Shown one piece after another: positions 38,639-42,388 of a stretch of 42,388 nucleotides of DNA. Where the stretch lies: the IMG/VR virus record IMGVR_UViG_3300045988_175234. One strand, given 5' to 3'. The notes under the pieces were generated by a model that had not been told where the DNA came from, did not search any database, and worked only from the letters and a program-made list of their open reading frames with translations. The number at the start of each line of letters is the position of its first letter. Position 1 is the stretch's first letter. The position numbers and the translations under genes are program-made. This DNA comes from a virus.

Positions 38639-39262
38639 ATGTCACTAGGTTTAGCAAATTTTCAAACTCCATATACACCTAATACTATTTTGTTGAATGC
38701 TGCTGGTAATAGTAGTCATAGTAAAACTTTATATCCTGGTTGTTATAGCTTCTATACTCAAGGAGCTGGGGGGGGCGGCGGCAACTACGCATACCCTTAT
38801 GGTCATGGTAACGGAGCAGGGTCTGGCGCCGGATTTGATGGCGTACTAAGAGTTGTTAAAAAATTACCAACTAATATCACAATTGGAGACGGTGGTAGTA
38901 GTGCTGCAGATGGTGTTGATACTTTAATTAGTGGTGTTATGCATTTGGGCGCTGGAAAGGCTGGTCCCACTACTTCAGGTGGTACTATTGACCCGTCTGG
39001 CAATCCTGGAACGATTACGATTGATAGCAACAATTTAAATAACATGTTCTTTATTAAATCAACTACTGTAAACCGAAATGGCAATTATGGTTCTAGAGCT
39101 ATTGGTGGCAATAGTGTTCTTACCAATTCCGGAGCTGGCCAAGGTGGCGGTGGTGCAGCTACTGCACTGGGTGCTGGCGGAGGTGGAACTAGTGGAATAG
39201 GTGGCGTTGGTGGTATTGGTGGTAAAGGAGAATGTAAAATAACATTTATTCATAACTACTGA
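38639..39262 (+). CDS. Glycine-rich tail fiber-like protein, paralog B1. The start is taken at the ATG after AGGAG, not the track's 38609.
   Basis: MSLGLANFQTPY… N-terminus and GAGGGG-rich C-terminus shared with B2. Contains a G8 homopolymer at 38768-38775. Confidence 0.5.
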   Translation: MSLGLANFQTPYTPNTILLNAAGNSSHSKTLYPGCYSFYTQGAGGGGGNYAYPYGHGNGAGSGAGFDGVLRVVKKLPTNITIGDGGSSAADGVDTLISGVMHLGAGKAGPTTSGGTIDPSGNPGTITIDSNNLNNMFFIKSTTVNRNGNYGSRAIGGNSVLTNSGAGQGGGGAATALGAGGGGTSGIGGVGGIGGKGECKITFIHNY

Positions 39263-39270
39263 GGTGTAAA

Positions 39271-39903
39271 ATGCAAATTGGTTTAGCAAATTTTCAGTCG
39301 CCTTTTAGGGCAAACCAGCTAATAGTTAATTTACTTAATGGACAAACTGCTAATATTAATTTATATCCTGGAGTCTACGCAACACTTGCTCAGGCAGGTG
39401 GTGGTAGCGGTGGTACATACGGTGACTTTGGTTGGGGCCGCGGTTCTGGAGGTGGTAGTGGGGCTGGGTTCAACGGATGGCTTAGACTAAAACGCACATT
39501 GATTAATCACGGACTGCAAACTGGTGTTGCAGTAGCGAGTGGTAAATGGTCGGTAAACGGCAATGGTTCGTCTATTAATGGTATTTTAGATTTTGGTGGC
39601 GGTGAGGGTGGTATAACTAACGAAGCTCTTGCAGTAGGCGGAACATTAACTAGACACACAAATGATGAAGTTTTTGATTTCCCTAAAATAGTTTATTTAG
39701 GAAACGGGTACGGTACTAGGGTAATTAATAACAATAAACGATACGGAGCTAATAGCGTGGTTACTAACGATGGTGGCGGAAACCCGTCAGAAAACGCTAC
39801 TAACTACGGAGCTGGCGGTGGTGGGTATACTGGTAGTGGTATAAACGGCGGTGCTGGTGGAGGTGGCCAAATTACTATGACATACGTTAATCAATATATT
39901 TAG
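39271..39903 (+). CDS. Glycine-rich tail fiber-like protein, paralog B2.
   Basis: MQIGLANFQSPF… and GAGGGGYTGSGINGGAGGGG, paralogous to B1. Confidence 0.5.
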   Translation: MQIGLANFQSPFRANQLIVNLLNGQTANINLYPGVYATLAQAGGGSGGTYGDFGWGRGSGGGSGAGFNGWLRLKRTLINHGLQTGVAVASGKWSVNGNGSSINGILDFGGGEGGITNEALAVGGTLTRHTNDEVFDFPKIVYLGNGYGTRVINNNKRYGANSVVTNDGGGNPSENATNYGAGGGGYTGSGINGGAGGGGQITMTYVNQYI

Positions 39904-39917
39904 TAAAGGATTTTAAT

Positions 39918-40340
39918 ATGAAACAATATGGTAAGCTTATTAATGGTGAGCTTGTGCTTGCGCCTTATAGCCTAAAGTTTGAAAATGGTGCAGAGATGTT
40001 CGGATATAATTTTGAATCTAACGAAGAAATGCTTCTAGCTGATGGATATAAAGAAGTAGTTTATGTAAACCAAAGTGATGGTATGAAAGCTCCTGATACC
40101 GAGATTAGTGAAACTAATAGCGAAATTAATATTACGTATCACGATACCTACGAAGAGCCAATATTGACATATAAGGATTATCGTTCAATGGAGTATCCAG
40201 ACCCTAGAGAGTATCTAGATGCACAGGTTAAGATTAATTCTGGCGACGCGAAACTAGTAGACGAGGGCATGTCACAATTAAACAAATATGTACAAGATTG
40301 TTTGTCTGTTAAAGTTAAATATCCTAAACCTGAGGAGTAG
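39918..40340 (+). CDS. Hypothetical acidic protein, 140 aa, possibly a fiber assembly factor.
   Basis: Position after the fiber cassette. Confidence 0.35.
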   Translation: MKQYGKLINGELVLAPYSLKFENGAEMFGYNFESNEEMLLADGYKEVVYVNQSDGMKAPDTEISETNSEINITYHDTYEEPILTYKDYRSMEYPDPREYLDAQVKINSGDAKLVDEGMSQLNKYVQDCLSVKVKYPKPEE

Positions 40341-40345
40341 CTAGA

Positions 40346-40951
40346 ATGAGCAACAAAACACAAGAAGAAAATAAAAAGCCAAATAAGTATCTAGTAGCTA
40401 TTGCTTCAGCTATAAGTGCTTTGCTATTTAGAATTCGTGGTGGTCTTTTGGACGTCTGGGAAAATAAAATTTGGTATCCTATATTTATAGGTATATGTTA
40501 TGGGTATTTAGCTTTTATTAATTCTGCTCTTGTTTGGGCATACTCGCTATTAGGGTTAGTTGCAGCATATATTGCTCAGCAATGTTGTGGCTGGGGAGCT
40601 TATAGAGGTTCGCTAGTAGCAGGTGCTACGCCAGCTAGTGAGGTAGCTATTATTGATAAACTTCTAGCAAAATCACAATGGTTACTTAGCCATCCACGAT
40701 TATGGGGATTTGTCGGATGTTCGCTTCGTGGGCTAATATCTTCTTTGTGTTTTGGCTTGGTCTCGCAATCAATTCCAGTTGTGCTATGTGGCCTGGCTGT
40801 GGGTATTTGTTATGCTATTCCTACTGCTTTATTGTGGTTTACAAAATACCATAACACCAAAGCTGCATGGAATTTAGGCGAATATTTAGAGGGCGCTCTT
40901 TACGTAGTAGCGATACTGCTTTGGTCTAATATTAAAATTTTTGGAGTGTAA
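40346..40951 (+). CDS. Polytopic membrane protein, 201 aa, at least 4 transmembrane helices.
   Basis: Multiple hydrophobic helices in the translation. Confidence 0.45.
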   Translation: MSNKTQEENKKPNKYLVAIASAISALLFRIRGGLLDVWENKIWYPIFIGICYGYLAFINSALVWAYSLLGLVAAYIAQQCCGWGAYRGSLVAGATPASEVAIIDKLLAKSQWLLSHPRLWGFVGCSLRGLISSLCFGLVSQSIPVVLCGLAVGICYAIPTALLWFTKYHNTKAAWNLGEYLEGALYVVAILLWSNIKIFGV

Positions 40952-40953
40952 TT

Positions 40954-41193
40954 ATGGATGAAAAACAGTTTCATGAATTAATTAGTTTTATAAGAACATC
41001 TATAACTGCTTTACTGATTGTAATAGCTATTGTAGGTATGGGTGGCACAATTACTGCTTGCTATTTAATTTACTCTAATTCTCGTCAAAGTATAACTATA
41101 GAACATAAAGATAGTAAATCTAAAGCACGAAAGATTAAGGTAAATAATTCTGGCAATCTTAAAAATCTTAGGCTAGTAAATGGATACTATTAA
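40954..41193 (+). CDS. Small single-pass membrane protein, 79 aa.
   Basis: Transmembrane segment ITALLIVIAIVGMGGTITACYLIY. Confidence 0.4.
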   Translation: MDEKQFHELISFIRTSITALLIVIAIVGMGGTITACYLIYSNSRQSITIEHKDSKSKARKIKVNNSGNLKNLRLVNGYY

Positions 41194-41431
41194 TAGACTA
41201 ATTACTGAAGTATGGTTAAAGATATTCTTTAAATACTTAGGAAGACGACATCCTCAGATATTAATTACTTTATTATTAGCCCTGGATTTAACTAAACGTC
41301 AAATCCAAATAATGTGTCTTAGATATATTAGCAGGCTTTCGTGGGATGAAGTAGTTGTAAAAGTCAATTACGAGAAACGTAATGTCATGCTATTGCACAA
41401 GGACTGCATTAATAAATTTATTTCATTGTAA
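41180..41431 (+). CDS. Hypothetical protein, 83 aa.
   Basis: ORF. Confidence 0.35.
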   Translation: MDTINRLITEVWLKIFFKYLGRRHPQILITLLLALDLTKRQIQIMCLRYISRLSWDEVVVKVNYEKRNVMLLHKDCINKFISL

Positions 41432-41456
41432 ATTCAATGGGTTATAGGAATATCTT

Positions 41457-41582
41457 ATGCCTGAAATTAAGAAGCTTAAAACTGTCGTTATTCCAGCTGG
41501 GCCAACCCGCTATAAACTTGATGAAGCGGATTTCCAGAAGCTATTCGCTAAGATAAAACAAAACGCTACTGACCATCAGTAA
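41457..41582 (+). CDS. Small basic protein, 41 aa. Below the ORF-track cutoff.
   Basis: ATG sits 7 nt after AGGAA. Reads MPEIKKLKTVVIPAGPTRYKLDEADFQKLFAKIKQNATDHQ. Immediately followed by an intrinsic terminator. Confidence 0.35.
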   Translation: MPEIKKLKTVVIPAGPTRYKLDEADFQKLFAKIKQNATDHQ

Positions 41583-41589
41583 TTAATTA

Positions 41590-41635
41590 ACCCGTCGTAA
41601 AGTTTATCTATTGACTTTCGGCGGGTTTTTTATTA
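41590..41635 (+). terminator. Intrinsic terminator within the late arm.
   Basis: ACCCGTCG / CGGCGGGT stem (one U·G) with a 21-nt loop, then T6. Confidence 0.5.
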
Positions 41636-41694
41636 TTCTGATTTTGTAATATTAATTAGGCTATGTTTAGCCTACTAAATTGGAGTGACAAATA

Positions 41695-42294
41695 ATGAGT
41701 TTAAGTGGTATGCTAAAAGGTAGTAAGTCTAAGACTGCTGGTGCAAGTAGTACGTCTACCACCACCAAACTGTTTAGCGATGAAATACTAAAAGCTCTTG
41801 AAGATATGTATTTGGAAGAGCTGGATATTTATGAGCGTAATCGTGGCTATTCTAGTGAGTTAGCTAAAAGGGTTATGACTGAAAATACATATGACGTTGA
41901 GCCAATTATTAGTGAAAATGAAAGAGCTGCGCTAGAAGATTTGGGTCAGACATATCAGAATCTCGCTAGACAGACCGGCTCTGATGCCAATAGTTTAACA
42001 GCTCTTGCTTATAGCGATGCGGTTTCAACTACTAGAAGTAAGCTGGCCAGCACAGAAGCACAGCTTAAAATGAATGCGCAAAGTCAGCAAATTCAAGATT
42101 TGGGCAATGCTTTATCTGCTCAATCTGCTGCACAGTCTGGCATCTTAGGACTTGGCAATTTGCTTAAAGGAGCTAACGCTACTGGTACTAGTAATACTAA
42201 ATCTAATAAGCGCACGTCTTCATTGGAATGGGGACTTAGTAGCAAAACTGATAACGGTTCTGAAATGTTTAGCGGATTATTCGGAGGTCAATAA
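41695..42294 (+). CDS. Putative internal virion protein A-like, 199 aa (T7 gp14-sized).
   Basis: First of the 199/577/1774-aa series. Ser/Thr/Ala-rich. Confidence 0.45.
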   Translation: MSLSGMLKGSKSKTAGASSTSTTTKLFSDEILKALEDMYLEELDIYERNRGYSSELAKRVMTENTYDVEPIISENERAALEDLGQTYQNLARQTGSDANSLTALAYSDAVSTTRSKLASTEAQLKMNAQSQQIQDLGNALSAQSAAQSGILGLGNLLKGANATGTSNTKSNKRTSSLEWGLSSKTDNGSEMFSGLFGGQ

Positions 42295-42388
42295 TGGCTA
42301 TAAATAATAAAGATGAAGTAGCTGATAAGTTAGCATCGCCAGAAGCTCAGCAGGAAGTAAAGGCCGTTAGCTATGAAGTAGCGAATAA
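42294..42388 (+). CDS. 5' end of the junction-spanning gene that continues at 56..1697. Putative internal virion protein, about 577 aa in total.
   Basis: ATG at 42294 sits 7 nt after GGAGG. The 95 nt to the window end are in frame with the ORF at 60..1697 once the 55-nt overlap is collapsed (…VANK/IVENASLKQ…). Confidence 0.7.
   Translation, partial: MAINNKDEVADKLASPEAQQEVKAVSYEVAN

Overview
The window appears to be a complete, AT-rich (roughly mid-30s % GC by eye) dsDNA tailed-phage genome of about 42.3 kb. Its first 55 nt (1-55) are identical to its last 55 nt (42334-42388), so the sequence is circular or circularly permuted. One gene spans the junction: ATG at 42294 with an upstream GGAGG, continuing in frame into the ORF listed at 60..1697.

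The genome has two convergent arms that meet at a strong bidirectional terminator with an A19 tract (7013-7078).

Minus arm (26406 down to 7077): early, replication and lysis genes.
- Stand-alone units with their own promoter and terminator: a 268-aa acidic-tailed protein and a 194-aa acidic protein.
- RecD-like SF1 helicase, ATP-dependent DNA ligase, Cas4/RecB-like Fe-S nuclease, Sak4-like ATPase.
- Family-A DNA polymerase with all exonuclease and polymerase motifs, a P-loop NTPase, and an HD-domain hydrolase.
- A holin and T4-type lysozyme cassette.

Plus arm (26750, through the window end, to 7011): late and structural genes.
- Small and large terminase, portal, scaffold-like protein and major capsid protein, followed by a hairpin terminator.
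- Tail proteins and a four-gene tandem-paralogous tail-fiber cassette, two of them glycine-rich with a G8 homopolymer tract.
- A cluster of small membrane proteins, another terminator, and a T7-like internal-core size series of 199, 577 and 1774 aa.

No RNA polymerase, integrase or tRNA is recognisable. Promoters look sigma70-like, with a recurring TGCTATATA extended -10, and Shine-Dalgarno sites are strong.

A 750-bp gene-free region (24442-25190) carries two 24-bp direct repeats, 10-bp iterons, inverted repeats and TAC triplet runs. It is the best candidate for the origin of replication and regulatory hub, and is the most unusual non-coding structure in the window.

All functional calls rest on motifs read directly from the translations; no database search was possible.
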